This document shows positions 48,133 to 58,509 of a stretch of 64,000 nucleotides of DNA, in pieces. Below the pieces are notes generated by a model. The model saw only the letters and a list, made by a program, of their open reading frames with translations. It searched no databases and had not been told where the DNA came from. Within the stretch, counting starts at the first letter, position 1; the number at the start of each line of letters is the position of its first letter. The position numbers were made by a program, and so were the translations under genes. Location of the stretch: positions 86,238-150,237 of the forward strand of contig JAKLEP010000003.1 of assembly GCA_022703055.1 (NCBI GenBank). The letters are read 5' to 3'. Source of the stretch: Candidatus Omnitrophota bacterium (GTDB taxonomy: Bacteria; Omnitrophota; Gorgyraeia; VGKH01).

Positions 48133-48636
48133 TTAACGAATCTTACCGCTTGCAACCCACTCTTCGATTTTGTTTCTTTCAAATCTCCAGCTATTTCCCT
48201 CTTTTACCGCCGGGATTTTTCCGGAGTTAGCCCAATCAAGAAGAGAATTCTTATCGATTTCCAGGAATCTCGACACTTCATCAGCATCCAAAAGATCCTG
48301 AATCATATTGCATTTGCCCTGAAACACAGCTCCTTCGACGATATTCAACTTTGGTGTTTTTATGTCTCCATGGAAAACCGCCGTCGGCAAAAACACCAGC
48401 CTTGTCATAGCGGTGACATCGCCCTTAACTTTTCCCGCAATGATGATATTCTCTCCCACGATGTGCGCGGTAACACTTGCCGCCTCTCCGATTGTCAGGT
48501 TTCCTTTTGTTTCTAGTGTGCCGTCAAAATGGCCATTGATTCGCAAGTTAACCGGATCCTTAAAAGACAAAGTACCTTGCATGCTCGCATCAACATCAAG
48601 AATCTTGTCGTCAGTCTTTTTATCTTTAAAAGCCAT
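48133..48636 (-). CDS. Bactofilin (DUF583) domain fused to a C-terminal excisionase-type HTH
   Basis: Beta-helical repeats (INGHFDGTLETKGNLTIGEAASVTAHIVGENIIIAGKVKGDVTA...HGDIKTPKLNIVEGAVFQGKC) are followed by LLDADEVSRFLEIDKNSLLDWANSGKIPAVKEGNSWRF. Confidence 0.7.
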   Translation of the reverse strand: MAFKDKKTDDKILDVDASMQGTLSFKDPVNLRINGHFDGTLETKGNLTIGEAASVTAHIVGENIIIAGKVKGDVTAMTRLVFLPTAVFHGDIKTPKLNIVEGAVFQGKCNMIQDLLDADEVSRFLEIDKNSLLDWANSGKIPAVKEGNSWRFERNKIEEWVASGKIR

Positions 48637-48651
48637 TTCCCCCTCCTTTCA

Positions 48652-49083
48652 TTAATCTTTGCCTAAATGAGTTTCGAATTTTCTAAAGATAAGTAAAACA
48701 ATCAATATTATTACCGTGGAAACGAAAGCCGCATAGAAAAATCCGCAACCGCAAGCCATTCCCACTGCCGCAGTGACCCAAAGGCAAGCTGCAGTAGTCA
48801 GGCCTCTTACTGATCCGCCGTAGCGCATGATAGTACCGGCGCACAAGAAACCGATACCGGTAATGACGCCTGCAGCGATTCGCGACGGATCAACATTAGC
48901 TACATCTTTATATATATCAAAAACATATAGCGATGTCAACATAATCAATGCGGAACCTATACTTACCAAGGTATGTGTTCTGAAACCCGCGCCCCTATGC
49001 CTTAATTCTCTCTCTAAACCGATAAGCCCGCCGAATATAACTGACATCATCAATCTTATTACTAATTCTCTATGCGTTAACAA
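48652..49083 (-). CDS. mgtC: MgtC/SapB family membrane protein (TM domain only)
   Basis: GGLIGLERELRHRGAGFRTHTLVSIGSAL; 143 aa. Confidence 0.8.
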   Translation of the reverse strand: MLTHRELVIRLMMSVIFGGLIGLERELRHRGAGFRTHTLVSIGSALIMLTSLYVFDIYKDVANVDPSRIAAGVITGIGFLCAGTIMRYGGSVRGLTTAACLWVTAAVGMACGCGFFYAAFVSTVIILIVLLIFRKFETHLGKD

Positions 49084-50039
49084 ATAGCACCTCCTGTTTT
49101 AGAAATCTGAAAACCCAACCCTGCAACCATGGCAGCATTATCAAGACATAGATTTCTTTGGGGGAAATAAACTTTTATATCTTGATATTCTGCCTCTTGG
49201 GATAATTTCGTTCTCAGCCTTGAATTAGCGACCACGCCGCCGCCTAAAACCAAACTTCTAATCCGCAGTTTTTTGCAAGCAAAAATCGATTTCTCGACCA
49301 AATTATCGACTACGGCTTCCTGAAAACTTGCAGCAACGCATTTCGGGCTAAAATCTTTTTTATGCTGATTTTTATTAACATAATACAAAACTGCTGTCTT
49401 AAGCCCGCTAAAGCTAAAATTAAAAGTCCCGGGCAACTGAGAATAATTAAATCTTAACCTGTTATTCTTTACCTTGGCAGATATCTTATCGATTATCGGC
49501 CCACCAGGAAATCCCAAATCAAGGATTTTTGCCACTTTGTCAAACGCCTCGCCGGCTGCGTCATCCAAGGTTGTTCCTAAAAGCTTAAAAGAAAAGAAAT
49601 TATTCACCCGATATAAATTGGTATGGCCTCCGGATATAACCAAGCCCACAAATGGAAACCTGGGAGCTGACTTCTCAAAAAAGCTGGCGTACAGATGCGC
49701 CTTTACATGGTCCACTTCAACAAGCGGTTTTCTAAGCGCGAAACTTAACGCCCTGGCAAAAGAAACACCCACTAACAAAGAACCAATCAATCCGGGATCG
49801 CTGGTCACAGCTATCAGATTTATATCTTTAAGTTTCTTTTTTGATTCCTTCAACGCTTGGCTTACCACAAAATTTATCGATTCAAGATGCGCTCTCGACG
49901 CAATCTCTGGAACAATCCCGCCGAATTTCTTGTGCAAGTTAAGACTTGAAGCTACGACATTAGATAAAACTTCCCTGCCGTCTTTGACTACCGAGGCAGA
50001 TGTTTCATCGCAGGATGTCTCAATGCCAAGCGTTATCAT
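49077..50039 (-). CDS. tsaD: tRNA N6-adenosine threonylcarbamoyltransferase
   Basis: ITLGIETSCDETSA and VISGGHTNL; 320 aa. Confidence 0.9.
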   Translation of the reverse strand: MITLGIETSCDETSASVVKDGREVLSNVVASSLNLHKKFGGIVPEIASRAHLESINFVVSQALKESKKKLKDINLIAVTSDPGLIGSLLVGVSFARALSFALRKPLVEVDHVKAHLYASFFEKSAPRFPFVGLVISGGHTNLYRVNNFFSFKLLGTTLDDAAGEAFDKVAKILDLGFPGGPIIDKISAKVKNNRLRFNYSQLPGTFNFSFSGLKTAVLYYVNKNQHKKDFSPKCVAASFQEAVVDNLVEKSIFACKKLRIRSLVLGGGVVANSRLRTKLSQEAEYQDIKVYFPQRNLCLDNAAMVAGLGFQISKTGGAIC

Positions 50040-50819
50040 CTATCTTACCAAATCAGAAACAAAAACCACTTCATATTTGTTTTTATTTATTTTGGGTAGA
50101 AATTCTTTTAGAACTTTCAATGTCAGGATACGGTCATGGCCTATACCGATCGCCTCGCCGTATTTTGAGGCATGGTCCAATAGAGCCATCAATTGGCCGT
50201 TAATATATTCGCTGTCAGCCTCATTATCAAGAAAAATCGACCTCTGGGCAAACTTAACATTCATGCTTCTGGCAAGCTCTTTGCAAACTGTCTTTGGCGT
50301 AACAAAGCTATCCAGAAAATAAAGCTTGCGTTTCTTCAGCTCTGCGAAGATAACGCCCATTATTTTTTTATCCTCTGTCGCCTTTGAACCCATATGATTA
50401 GAGATACCCTTTGCATAAGGAACACTATTGAAAGAGTTGTCCAAGATTTTTAAGACTTCATCTTTTTTCATTGTGGTAAGGATGACATTTTTCTCCAGAT
50501 TAACCTTTCGCCAATTCTGCGGTTCAAGCGGCAAATGAACTATGACCTCTTGATTCGCTTTCTCTGCCTCTTCAGAAATTTCCCTCGAATAAGGCAAGAA
50601 CGGCAACACGGAAATAGTAATCGGGTATTTAACCTCCCGTAAAAAATTAACATGGTTAAGGTTATAGCCCCAATCATCAAGGACGATAGCGATCTTTACC
50701 TTCTTCACCTTAACAGGAGGCTTCTTCTCTTTTTTTAAAAGAGAGAAGATAAAAATAAACTGAACCGCCACAATGCAACAAAGGATAATGACCCAGATAT
50801 TATTTTTTTTCTTTCTCAT
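50040..50819 (-). CDS. Divergent polysaccharide deacetylase (YibQ-like)
   Basis: N-terminal TM helix, IAIVLDDWGYN and SNHMGS; 259 aa. Confidence 0.75.
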   Translation of the reverse strand: MRKKKNNIWVIILCCIVAVQFIFIFSLLKKEKKPPVKVKKVKIAIVLDDWGYNLNHVNFLREVKYPITISVLPFLPYSREISEEAEKANQEVIVHLPLEPQNWRKVNLEKNVILTTMKKDEVLKILDNSFNSVPYAKGISNHMGSKATEDKKIMGVIFAELKKRKLYFLDSFVTPKTVCKELARSMNVKFAQRSIFLDNEADSEYINGQLMALLDHASKYGEAIGIGHDRILTLKVLKEFLPKINKNKYEVVFVSDLVR

Positions 50820-50828
50820 ACAAACTGT

Positions 50829-52097
50829 TTATTTTTTGTCTTGTTGTTTGTAAACGCGGATGCCTTTAAGCAGGTCAATTGCCCTGACCAGCTGATAATC
50901 GGTTTTATAATCCGCTTCGGTTTTATTCTCTTCTTTGGCCGGAGCCTTGCCATCCAGAATTTCTTTAAACAATGTTTCCGTATCTGTCGGCTCTTTAAGT
51001 TCTACGACCTTCTGTTCTACCTTAACATCAGGAGTAACACCTTCTTTGTTTATAGTCCTGCCCGAAGGAATAAAATATTCGCTAGTGGTAAGCCTTAAGG
51101 CCGAGCCGTCGGTAAGCGGGATAACCGTTTGGACCGACCCCTTGCCGAAAGTTTTAGTTCCCATGATTATTGCCCTCTTGTAATCCTGAAGAGCTCCGGC
51201 GACGATTTCGCTGCCTGATGCGCTCCCCTCATTAACCAAAACCACCATCGGCCAGTCAAGTATAGGCTTATCTGAACTCGACTTGTATGTGATATTCTGG
51301 AGAAGTTTTCTCCCTTTGGTATAAACAATCATTTTCCCCGGCTCGATAAAGAAATTTGTTACCTTTACCGCCGAATCAAGAAGCCCACCGGGATTGTTGC
51401 GTAAATCAAGTATCAGGCAATTGGCATTCTGTTTCTTTAACTCAGCCAGCGCCTTCTCCATTGACTTTTGTGTGTCTTCGCGGAATTCGACTAAACGGAT
51501 ATACCCTATATTATCATCCAATATTTTTGCCTCTTTTACATCTTTGATGTTAATAATCGCCCGCTCTAAATCAAAATTCAAAAGCTTTCCTTCGCTTTCT
51601 CTGAGCACAGTGATGGAAACTTTTGTCCCGGGTTTGCCGCGCAATCTTTTAACCGCATCGGTCAATGTAAAATCACGGGTCAGCTCATCTCCAATTTTTA
51701 CAATCCTGTCTCCTGCCTTAATGCCAGCTTTCCAGGCGGGAGTATCTTCTATAGGCGTGATAATGGTAAGCAAGGAATCCTTAATTGAAATCTCAATTCC
51801 CAGCCCGCCGAATCTTCCTTCGGTCTCGACTTTCAATTCGTTATAAGTATCGGGATCCATAAATTGACTGTGAGGATCAAGACCTGCAAGCATGCCTTTT
51901 AATGCGCCGTAGATTAAATCTTTGGGCTTTGGATCGGTCACATATTCTGATTTGATAATAGAAAAAGCATAAGTGAACAACTCAATCTGCTTATAGATGT
52001 CGTCCCTCTGCTTTTTTTCGATCTCCGAAACCGCCTTCGCCGTTACCGTCGCGGTAATACCGATTACCAAGATCCAGATAAAAATCCTCTTTAACAT
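50829..52097 (-). CDS. ctp: S41 family carboxy-terminal processing peptidase
   Basis: PDZ domain (GDRIVKIGD), VNEGSASGSEIVAGALQD and TFGKGSVQ; 422 aa. Confidence 0.85.
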   Translation of the reverse strand: MLKRIFIWILVIGITATVTAKAVSEIEKKQRDDIYKQIELFTYAFSIIKSEYVTDPKPKDLIYGALKGMLAGLDPHSQFMDPDTYNELKVETEGRFGGLGIEISIKDSLLTIITPIEDTPAWKAGIKAGDRIVKIGDELTRDFTLTDAVKRLRGKPGTKVSITVLRESEGKLLNFDLERAIINIKDVKEAKILDDNIGYIRLVEFREDTQKSMEKALAELKKQNANCLILDLRNNPGGLLDSAVKVTNFFIEPGKMIVYTKGRKLLQNITYKSSSDKPILDWPMVVLVNEGSASGSEIVAGALQDYKRAIIMGTKTFGKGSVQTVIPLTDGSALRLTTSEYFIPSGRTINKEGVTPDVKVEQKVVELKEPTDTETLFKEILDGKAPAKEENKTEADYKTDYQLVRAIDLLKGIRVYKQQDKK

Positions 52098-53509
52098 TAA
52101 ATTAACCTCCTCTTAAGAATTTCTCCAACTACTTTAGGATTCGCTTTTCCGCCGGACTTCTTCATTACCTGCCCGACCAGAAACATTATCGCATTTTCTT
52201 TGCCCGATTTATATGACTCGACCGATTTAGGATTTTCTTTTATTGCCTCATCGGCTAATTTCTCCAATGCGCCTTCGTCAGAAACCTGCGCCATCCCCTT
52301 CTCGCTGATAATCGCATGGGCGGACTTACCAGTGTCAATAATCTGAGTCAGCACCTCTTTGGCGACTAAATTACTGACCGTGCCTTTTTCTGTCTCTTCA
52401 ATCAAACCAATCAAATCTTTAGGTTTTAGTTTTAATTCCTGGATATCAACTTTGCGCGAATTAAGCTCTGATAATACCGCTCCGCAAAGCCAATTACTAA
52501 TCTTTTTTGCATTTTTATAAAGCCTGGTGCATTCTTCAAAATAATCAGCGAAGTTCTTATCCTGAATAATTACATTGGCATCATATTCGGACAATTGTAA
52601 ATCTTTAACAAAGCGTTCGAAGCGCATCTGCGGAAGTTCGGGAATTTCTTTTTTTATCTCTTCGATAAATTTATTTTCGATGCTAAACGGCACCAGGTCC
52701 GGCTCGGGGAAATAACGATAATCGTGCGCTTCTTCCTTGGAACGCATGGAAGTTGTAATTTCTTTCTGGTCATCCCAAAGACGGGTATCCTGGATTATTC
52801 GCTCGCCGTTATTCAAAGCTTCGGTCTGACGCTTAATCTCAAAACCCAAAGCTTCTCTTACCGCCTTAAAAGAATTCATGTTTTTAAGCTCAGTCTTAAC
52901 GCCGAGCTCTTTAGCACCCATTTTTCTTAAAGAAATATTGGCGTCGCAGCGCAAGGACCCTTTTTCCATATCGCAATCGGAAATTCCGATGTATTGCAAA
53001 ACTAACTTCAGTTTGGATAAATATTCATATGCCTCATCCGGAGAATTGATATCCGGTTCGCTGACGATTTCCAAAAGCGGCATTCCTGAGCGGTTGTAAT
53101 CAACCAGGCTTGAATCTTTTTCATGGATCAATTTTCCCGCGTCCTCTTCCAGATGCGCGCGCTTAATCCGGATTTTCTTGCCGCTTGTCAAAATTATAAA
53201 TCCGTTGGAGGAAATCGGCATATCGTATTGCGAAATCTGGTAATTTTTCGGCAGATCCGGATAATAATAGTTTTTGCGGTCAAATTTCAAATAATTATTC
53301 ACAGTGCAATTTAATGCCAGGGCGGTCTTAATCGTAAGCTCAAGCGCCATTTTATTTAACACGGGGAGGCTTCCCGGCAAGCCAAGGCACACAGGGCAGG
53401 TTTGGGAATTCGGCTCTTTGCCATATTCCGTCGAACAGCCGCAGAATGCCTTGGTCTTGGTCTTTAAGTGGACGTGAACTTCTAATCCGATAACAGTTTC
53501 GTATTGCAT
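52097..53509 (-). CDS. gatB: Asp/Glu-tRNA amidotransferase subunit B
   Basis: YETVIGLEVHVHL and C-terminal GKANPK; 470 aa. Confidence 0.95.
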   Translation of the reverse strand: MQYETVIGLEVHVHLKTKTKAFCGCSTEYGKEPNSQTCPVCLGLPGSLPVLNKMALELTIKTALALNCTVNNYLKFDRKNYYYPDLPKNYQISQYDMPISSNGFIILTSGKKIRIKRAHLEEDAGKLIHEKDSSLVDYNRSGMPLLEIVSEPDINSPDEAYEYLSKLKLVLQYIGISDCDMEKGSLRCDANISLRKMGAKELGVKTELKNMNSFKAVREALGFEIKRQTEALNNGERIIQDTRLWDDQKEITTSMRSKEEAHDYRYFPEPDLVPFSIENKFIEEIKKEIPELPQMRFERFVKDLQLSEYDANVIIQDKNFADYFEECTRLYKNAKKISNWLCGAVLSELNSRKVDIQELKLKPKDLIGLIEETEKGTVSNLVAKEVLTQIIDTGKSAHAIISEKGMAQVSDEGALEKLADEAIKENPKSVESYKSGKENAIMFLVGQVMKKSGGKANPKVVGEILKRRLI

Positions 53510-54930
53510 TATAATTTTGGTTTTTGTTTATGCCATTCGGTACCCTGTTCATAAGTGTAAGCGACTCTAAATAACGTCTCTTCAGCGAATGGCTTGGCTA
53601 AAATCTGTAAACCTATGGGTAAATTATTCTTCGTAAAGCCGCAGGGAATGGAAATCCCCGGGATTCCAGCTAAATTTGTTGAAATGGTAAATATATCTGA
53701 TAAATACATCGATAAAGGATCTTCGGTTTTCTCTCCGATTTTAAATGCGTCGGTCGGCGATGTCGGAGTGATTATACAATCAACCGATTTAAAAGCTTCG
53801 TCAAAATCGCGCTTGATTAATGTGCGTACTTTTAAGGCCCTTAAATAATAAGCTTCGTAATATCCGGCCGAAAGCGCATAAGTTCCAAGCATGATTCTGC
53901 GCTTTGCCTCTTTACCGAATCCCGCCTCTCGCGTGGCAAAATACATATCGATCAAATCGGAAACTTCCTTTTTCGCGGCTTTGGAACGCAAGCCATACTG
54001 CACGCCGTCGAATCTAGCTAAATTGGAACTGGCTTCAGAAGTCGCTACGATATAATATGTCGGAACCGCGTATTCAGTATGAGGCAATGAAATCTCTTTA
54101 TAATCCGCGCCTGATTTCTTGAGAAGATTTATCGCTTGATCAACCGCGTCTTTTACTTCTTTATCAATTCCTTCGATAAAATATTCTTTGGGAATTCCGA
54201 TTTTTAAACCTTTGACATCCTTGACTAATGACTTGGTGTAATCCGGCACCAGAACATCAACTGAAGTTGAATCATTGGGATCATATCCGGCAATGACATT
54301 TAAGAGCAGTGCGCTATCCTCGACGTCTTTAGTCAATGGCCCGATTTGATCGAGGCTTGAGCCAAAAGCGATTAATCCGTAACGCGAAACTCTGCCATAA
54401 GTTGGTTTTAATCCTACCACACCGCAAAAAGATGCCGGCTGTCTGATTGAGCCGCCGGTGTCCGAACCCAAAGCCATTGTGGCTTCGCCTGCGGAAACCG
54501 CGGCAGCTGAACCACCGCTTGAGCCGCCAGGGACTCTGGTGGTATCCCAGGGATTATGAGTCGGCCCGTAAAATGAATTCTCCGTCGATGAACCGAAGGC
54601 AAACTCATCCATGTTGGTAGAGCAAAATAAACTCGCCCCGGCATTTCTTAATTTCGATATAACAGTCGCGTCATACGGAGGCTTGAATCCATCTAAAATA
54701 TGCGAAGCGCAAGTAGTAAGATTATCCTTAATGCAGATATTGTCCTTGGTGGCAATAGGAATGCCGCTGAGGACGCCTTTGCCGACTTCTGCCTCATCAG
54801 GACAAAGACGCAAAACCGCCTTGACCTTTTTGTCGACCGAGGCAATTCGCTCCTCCAGAGATTTGCGAACTTCTCTCGGATTAACTTTATCCTTGATAAT
54901 CTGGTGGGCAGTTAATTCGTGTAAATTCAT
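53509..54930 (-). CDS. gatA: Asp/Glu-tRNA amidotransferase subunit A
   Basis: Amidase signature [11 protein letters not shown]...[12 protein letters not shown]; 473 aa. Confidence 0.95.
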   Translation of the reverse strand: MNLHELTAHQIIKDKVNPREVRKSLEERIASVDKKVKAVLRLCPDEAEVGKGVLSGIPIATKDNICIKDNLTTCASHILDGFKPPYDATVISKLRNAGASLFCSTNMDEFAFGSSTENSFYGPTHNPWDTTRVPGGSSGGSAAAVSAGEATMALGSDTGGSIRQPASFCGVVGLKPTYGRVSRYGLIAFGSSLDQIGPLTKDVEDSALLLNVIAGYDPNDSTSVDVLVPDYTKSLVKDVKGLKIGIPKEYFIEGIDKEVKDAVDQAINLLKKSGADYKEISLPHTEYAVPTYYIVATSEASSNLARFDGVQYGLRSKAAKKEVSDLIDMYFATREAGFGKEAKRRIMLGTYALSAGYYEAYYLRALKVRTLIKRDFDEAFKSVDCIITPTSPTDAFKIGEKTEDPLSMYLSDIFTISTNLAGIPGISIPCGFTKNNLPIGLQILAKPFAEETLFRVAYTYEQGTEWHKQKPKL

Positions 54931-55214
54931 TATTCAATAACTTTTGGTACTTTAAATTGATTCTTATCCTTGACCACTGCTATTTTCATTACATCGCTAA
55001 CCGGCAGGGACTTCTTTAATACATCTTCCCGATAAACGTTTTTAATCGGCAGAACATGGCTGGTCGGCTCCACCTTTGATACATCAAGCTCGTTTAATTT
55101 TCCGATGTACTCCAGGATCGCGCTAAGCTCTTTAGTAAATTGCTCAATTTCGCTCTCGCTAAAGCCGATTCTTGCCAGTTTTGCCACATATTCAACATCT
55201 TTTCTTGTAATCAT
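54930..55214 (-). CDS. gatC: Asp/Glu-tRNA amidotransferase subunit C
   Basis: 94 aa; [16 protein letters not shown]...; ATGA-type junction with gatA. Confidence 0.9.
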   Translation of the reverse strand: MITRKDVEYVAKLARIGFSESEIEQFTKELSAILEYIGKLNELDVSKVEPTSHVLPIKNVYREDVLKKSLPVSDVMKIAVVKDKNQFKVPKVIE

Positions 55215-55274
55215 ATCGTTTTACTATATCACAAGTTATTGCAAAAATCAATCCGACTCTTGGACTTTATCGGA

Positions 55275-58200
55275 CTATTTCTGCTTCTCTTTTTCCTTTT
55301 GTTTTTCCTCTAAGATCCGGTTGGTGATTTCTTGGGGAACCTGGGTATATTTATCAAATTTCATCGAGGCATGGACATGGCCGCTGGTAAGCGATCGGAA
55401 TGCCGAAGCATAACCAAACATTTCAGACAATGGCGCCTCGGCCAAAATCAATTTCTGATTGCCTTTGGATTCCATATTCATGACCTTGCCTCGGCGCGAA
55501 AATATATATCCGGTAATATTGCTGGCATATTCTTCGGGAACATTTATTTCAAGCGCCATGGTCGGCTCCAGTAACACCGGATTACATTTCATAAATCCAG
55601 CTCTAAAACCCCCCATCGCCGCCAACTTAAATGCGATATCTGATGAATCAACTTCATGATACGAACCATCGACAAGATTTACTTTCACGTCAGTGACCGG
55701 ATATCCTGCCAAGACTCCCCGCTGCATCTGTTCTTTGAGCCCTTTTTCCACCGAGGGGATAAAATTCTTTGGGATTGCCCCGCCTTTAATACTATCAATG
55801 AATTCGAATTCTGTCCCGCGCTCACCCGGAGAAATCTCAAAGACAACATGCCCGTATTGGCCGCGTCCGCCGGATTGCTTGACGTGCTTGTATTCTTCGG
55901 TCACCGAACCTAGGATAGTTTCCTTGTAAGCGACCTTGGGACGCCCCACTTCCGGCTGGACATTGAATTCGGTTTTTAATCTATCGACAATAATCTCAAG
56001 ATGCAACTCGCCCATTCCCATGATCACGGTTTCCTTGGTATCCTCGTCGGTGCGCACCAGAAACGTGGGATCTTCTTCCATCAATTTTGCTAAACCTTTA
56101 CCCAATTTGTCCTGTTCTGAGCGGCTCTGCGGCGCGATACTGATTGATACAACCGGCGTGGGAAATTCTATGGCTTCAAGCAGAATCGGCTTCTTCAATG
56201 AACACAGCGTATCGCCGGTAATGGTATGATTCATCCCGATTAATGCCACGATATCCCCGGCAAAAGCCACATCCACTGCCTCACGCTGGTTGGCATGCAT
56301 GCGGAAAATCCTTGAGACTCTTTCCTTTTTATCCTTGCGGCTGTTTAAGATATAAGTTCCATTACGCAGATATCCGGAATAAATCCTGACATAAACCAGT
56401 TTTCCCATGTGCGGGTCAGCCTGGACCTTAAAGGCAAATCCCACAAAGGTATTTTTATAATCCGGCGGGACTTCGATTTCCACGCTGGGATCATCAGCGT
56501 CATGGGCTTTGACCGCCGGTAAATCAACCGGCGAGGGAAGATACGCGATAACAGCATCCAAAAGATTCTGTACGCCCTTATTTTTCAGCGCTGCTCCGCA
56601 AAGAAGCGGCACCATTTTATTAGCGATAGTTCCCCGGCGGATAGCCGCAACTAATTCCTCTTTAGAAATAGAATCCTTGGCTTCCAGGTATTTATTCATT
56701 AACGACTCATCGTGGGTTGCGATTTTCTCAATCAAGATATGGCGATATTTATCGGCTTCGGCTTTTAAATCTTCCGGGATTTCTTCAATTTTGATTTCTT
56801 TGCCCTGAGTCTCTTCGTCATAAATGCATGCCCGCATTTCCAATAAATCAATTACCCCGCGGAATTTATCTTCAGCCCCGATGGGGATCTCAAGCGGAAG
56901 GACATTTGCCTGGAACTTATCTTCGATATCTTTGACCACGCCAAAGAAATTTGCGCCCATGCGGTCCATCTTATTTATAAATGCGATTTTGGGCACGTGA
57001 TATTTGTCGGATTGCCTCCAGACCGTCTCTGACTGAGCTTCTACGCCGCTTACCGCGTCAAAAACCGCAACCGCCCCGTCTAGAACTCTCAGGCTTCGCT
57101 CAACCTCGACTGTAAAATCAACGTGGCCCGGAGTATCGATAATCGTAATCCTGTTATCCTTCCACTGGCAGGTGGTGGCGGCCGCTGTAATGGTGACGCC
57201 TCTTTCCTGCTCCTGCTTCATCCAATCCATGGTCGCTTCGCCATTGTGGACTTCACCAAGTTTATGGGATCGTCCGGTATAAAATAAAATCCTCTCGGTC
57301 AAAGTAGTTTTGCCGGCGTCGATATGCGCCATAATCCCGATGTTTCTGGTTGTTTTGACATCAACCTGAGGCTCAGGCAATGGCTCTTCTTTTTCAGGCT
57401 CTTCTTCTTTTTTCTCGACGACAGGAGCTTCTTGCGGAACTGGAGGCTGTTCTGCTTCCGAGGCCTCGATCGGCTCAGCTGGCGCTTCAACTGGCGGCAC
57501 TTCAACTAATGGAGTTTCAGCCGCAGGGGGTTGCTCTGCGACTGGCGGCGCTTCCTCAATTGGCTTTTCAACTTCAGGAAGCGCCGCCCCTTCGATCTTT
57601 GCCTTATTCTTTAAAACCAATATTTCTTCCTCTAATTCTTTTATCTTATGGTCTTTTGACTCAATGAGCGCTTTTTTGGTTTCAAACTGGTTTTTGATGT
57701 CCTCAAATTCTTCTTTGAATTCTTCGAATTGAATCTCAAGCTTCTTGTGGAATTCAGCAGAAACCCAGCCGCTTTCCTCTTTGGCTTTTTTCATCTTATT
57801 GATGGTTGCAGTATGTTCCTTGATTTCTTTCTGGCGGGTCTTGACCTCTTCGATATATTTCTCTATCTGGGTCTTTAGGCTAAAAACTTCTTCAGAGAGC
57901 TCTTTATTTTTCTTTTCTTCGTTCTCCAGCTCAGTTCTTACATTATGCAATTCTGCAGCCAGCTGTACATTCTTTGAGAATTCATTGCTTACCTCTTGCT
58001 CTTTCTTATGCAGTTCATTCTGGAAGCCGATGCTTCTCTGGTCTGAATTCTTGGCGATCTCGTCGGCTTTTTTCAGCCATTCTTCGCGCTTGGCCAATTC
58101 ATCCAATAACTGCTTCTCTTTTTCTTGCGCACTGTCGGAGATTTTCTTTATAGCCTGGTAATCAACCTTTAATTTCTCCAGCTCCTGGCGATAGGCATTG

Positions 58201-58376
58201 GCCTGGCCCTGGTATTTGGTGATTTCTTTCTCTTCCTGGGCAGGATCAATCTTGATTACCCGGTTTAGAGACGGCCTGGGTTTTTGGGCTTTAGTGTCTT
58301 TTTCAAACAAGGCGACGTAAAAGAAGTAAAGCGCGCCTGCGATTGCCACAAAAGCCATAAAAAAAGTTGCTTCCAT
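55275..58376 (-). CDS. fusA: Elongation factor G with an N-terminal extension of about 333 aa (TM helix, long K/E coiled coil, P/E/A-rich linker)
   Basis: Residues about 344-1033 form a complete EF-G: [28 protein letters not shown] and YHEVDSS. Residues 1-343 are in frame with no stop and include [20 protein letters not shown], heptad-like K/E-rich sequence and [37 protein letters not shown] and ATG are at 58376. Confidence 0.85.
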   Translation of the reverse strand: MEATFFMAFVAIAGALYFFYVALFEKDTKAQKPRPSLNRVIKIDPAQEEKEITKYQGQANAYRQELEKLKVDYQAIKKISDSAQEKEKQLLDELAKREEWLKKADEIAKNSDQRSIGFQNELHKKEQEVSNEFSKNVQLAAELHNVRTELENEEKKNKELSEEVFSLKTQIEKYIEEVKTRQKEIKEHTATINKMKKAKEESGWVSAEFHKKLEIQFEEFKEEFEDIKNQFETKKALIESKDHKIKELEEEILVLKNKAKIEGAALPEVEKPIEEAPPVAEQPPAAETPLVEVPPVEAPAEPIEASEAEQPPVPQEAPVVEKKEEEPEKEEPLPEPQVDVKTTRNIGIMAHIDAGKTTLTERILFYTGRSHKLGEVHNGEATMDWMKQEQERGVTITAAATTCQWKDNRITIIDTPGHVDFTVEVERSLRVLDGAVAVFDAVSGVEAQSETVWRQSDKYHVPKIAFINKMDRMGANFFGVVKDIEDKFQANVLPLEIPIGAEDKFRGVIDLLEMRACIYDEETQGKEIKIEEIPEDLKAEADKYRHILIEKIATHDESLMNKYLEAKDSISKEELVAAIRRGTIANKMVPLLCGAALKNKGVQNLLDAVIAYLPSPVDLPAVKAHDADDPSVEIEVPPDYKNTFVGFAFKVQADPHMGKLVYVRIYSGYLRNGTYILNSRKDKKERVSRIFRMHANQREAVDVAFAGDIVALIGMNHTITGDTLCSLKKPILLEAIEFPTPVVSISIAPQSRSEQDKLGKGLAKLMEEDPTFLVRTDEDTKETVIMGMGELHLEIIVDRLKTEFNVQPEVGRPKVAYKETILGSVTEEYKHVKQSGGRGQYGHVVFEISPGERGTEFEFIDSIKGGAIPKNFIPSVEKGLKEQMQRGVLAGYPVTDVKVNLVDGSYHEVDSSDIAFKLAAMGGFRAGFMKCNPVLLEPTMALEINVPEEYASNITGYIFSRRGKVMNMESKGNQKLILAEAPLSEMFGYASAFRSLTSGHVHASMKFDKYTQVPQEITNRILEEKQKEKEKQK

Positions 58377-58421
58377 ATTCTCCTCTGAATAAATAACAGT
58401 AATTACTTATTTTGTGTGATT

Positions 58422-58449
58422 ATTATAGCAGAACCACGAAAGTTTTCAA
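58422..58449 (-). promoter_or_regulatory. Sigma70-like promoter TTGAAA-16 nt-TATAAT upstream of the EF-G fusion
   Basis: Minus strand reads TTGAAA (58449..58444), a 16-nt spacer, and TATAAT (58427..58422). That places it about 45 nt before the ATG. Confidence 0.45.
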
Positions 58450-58474
58450 TGAGTTGCGGAAAATATTTTGCCTA

Positions 58475-58509
58475 AATAAAAATGCCCGTCACGTTAACTA
58501 CTGTGGCGG
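58475..58509 (-). terminator. Weak candidate intrinsic terminator downstream of the rhodanese gene
   Basis: CCGCCAC-AGTAGTTAAC-GTGACGG: a 7-bp stem with one C-A mismatch, followed by GCATTTTTATTT. Confidence 0.3.

Noticed and set aside
49474-50322. 282-aa plus-strand ORF, the longest plus-strand ORF in the track
   Set aside because: It lies entirely antisense to tsaD and the yibQ-like gene. Its composition is low-complexity (S/P/L-rich) with no recognisable motif or RBS. This is a typical shadow ORF of a well-supported minus-strand gene.
57378-57380. In-frame TTG that would start a normal-length EF-G, implying the upstream 333 codons are a separate gene or non-coding
   Set aside because: Rejected as the sole interpretation for three reasons. 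No stop codon separates the two parts. No convincing SD precedes the TTG. The long form has a promoter, an SD and an ATG. Internal initiation remains possible and is noted in the finding.
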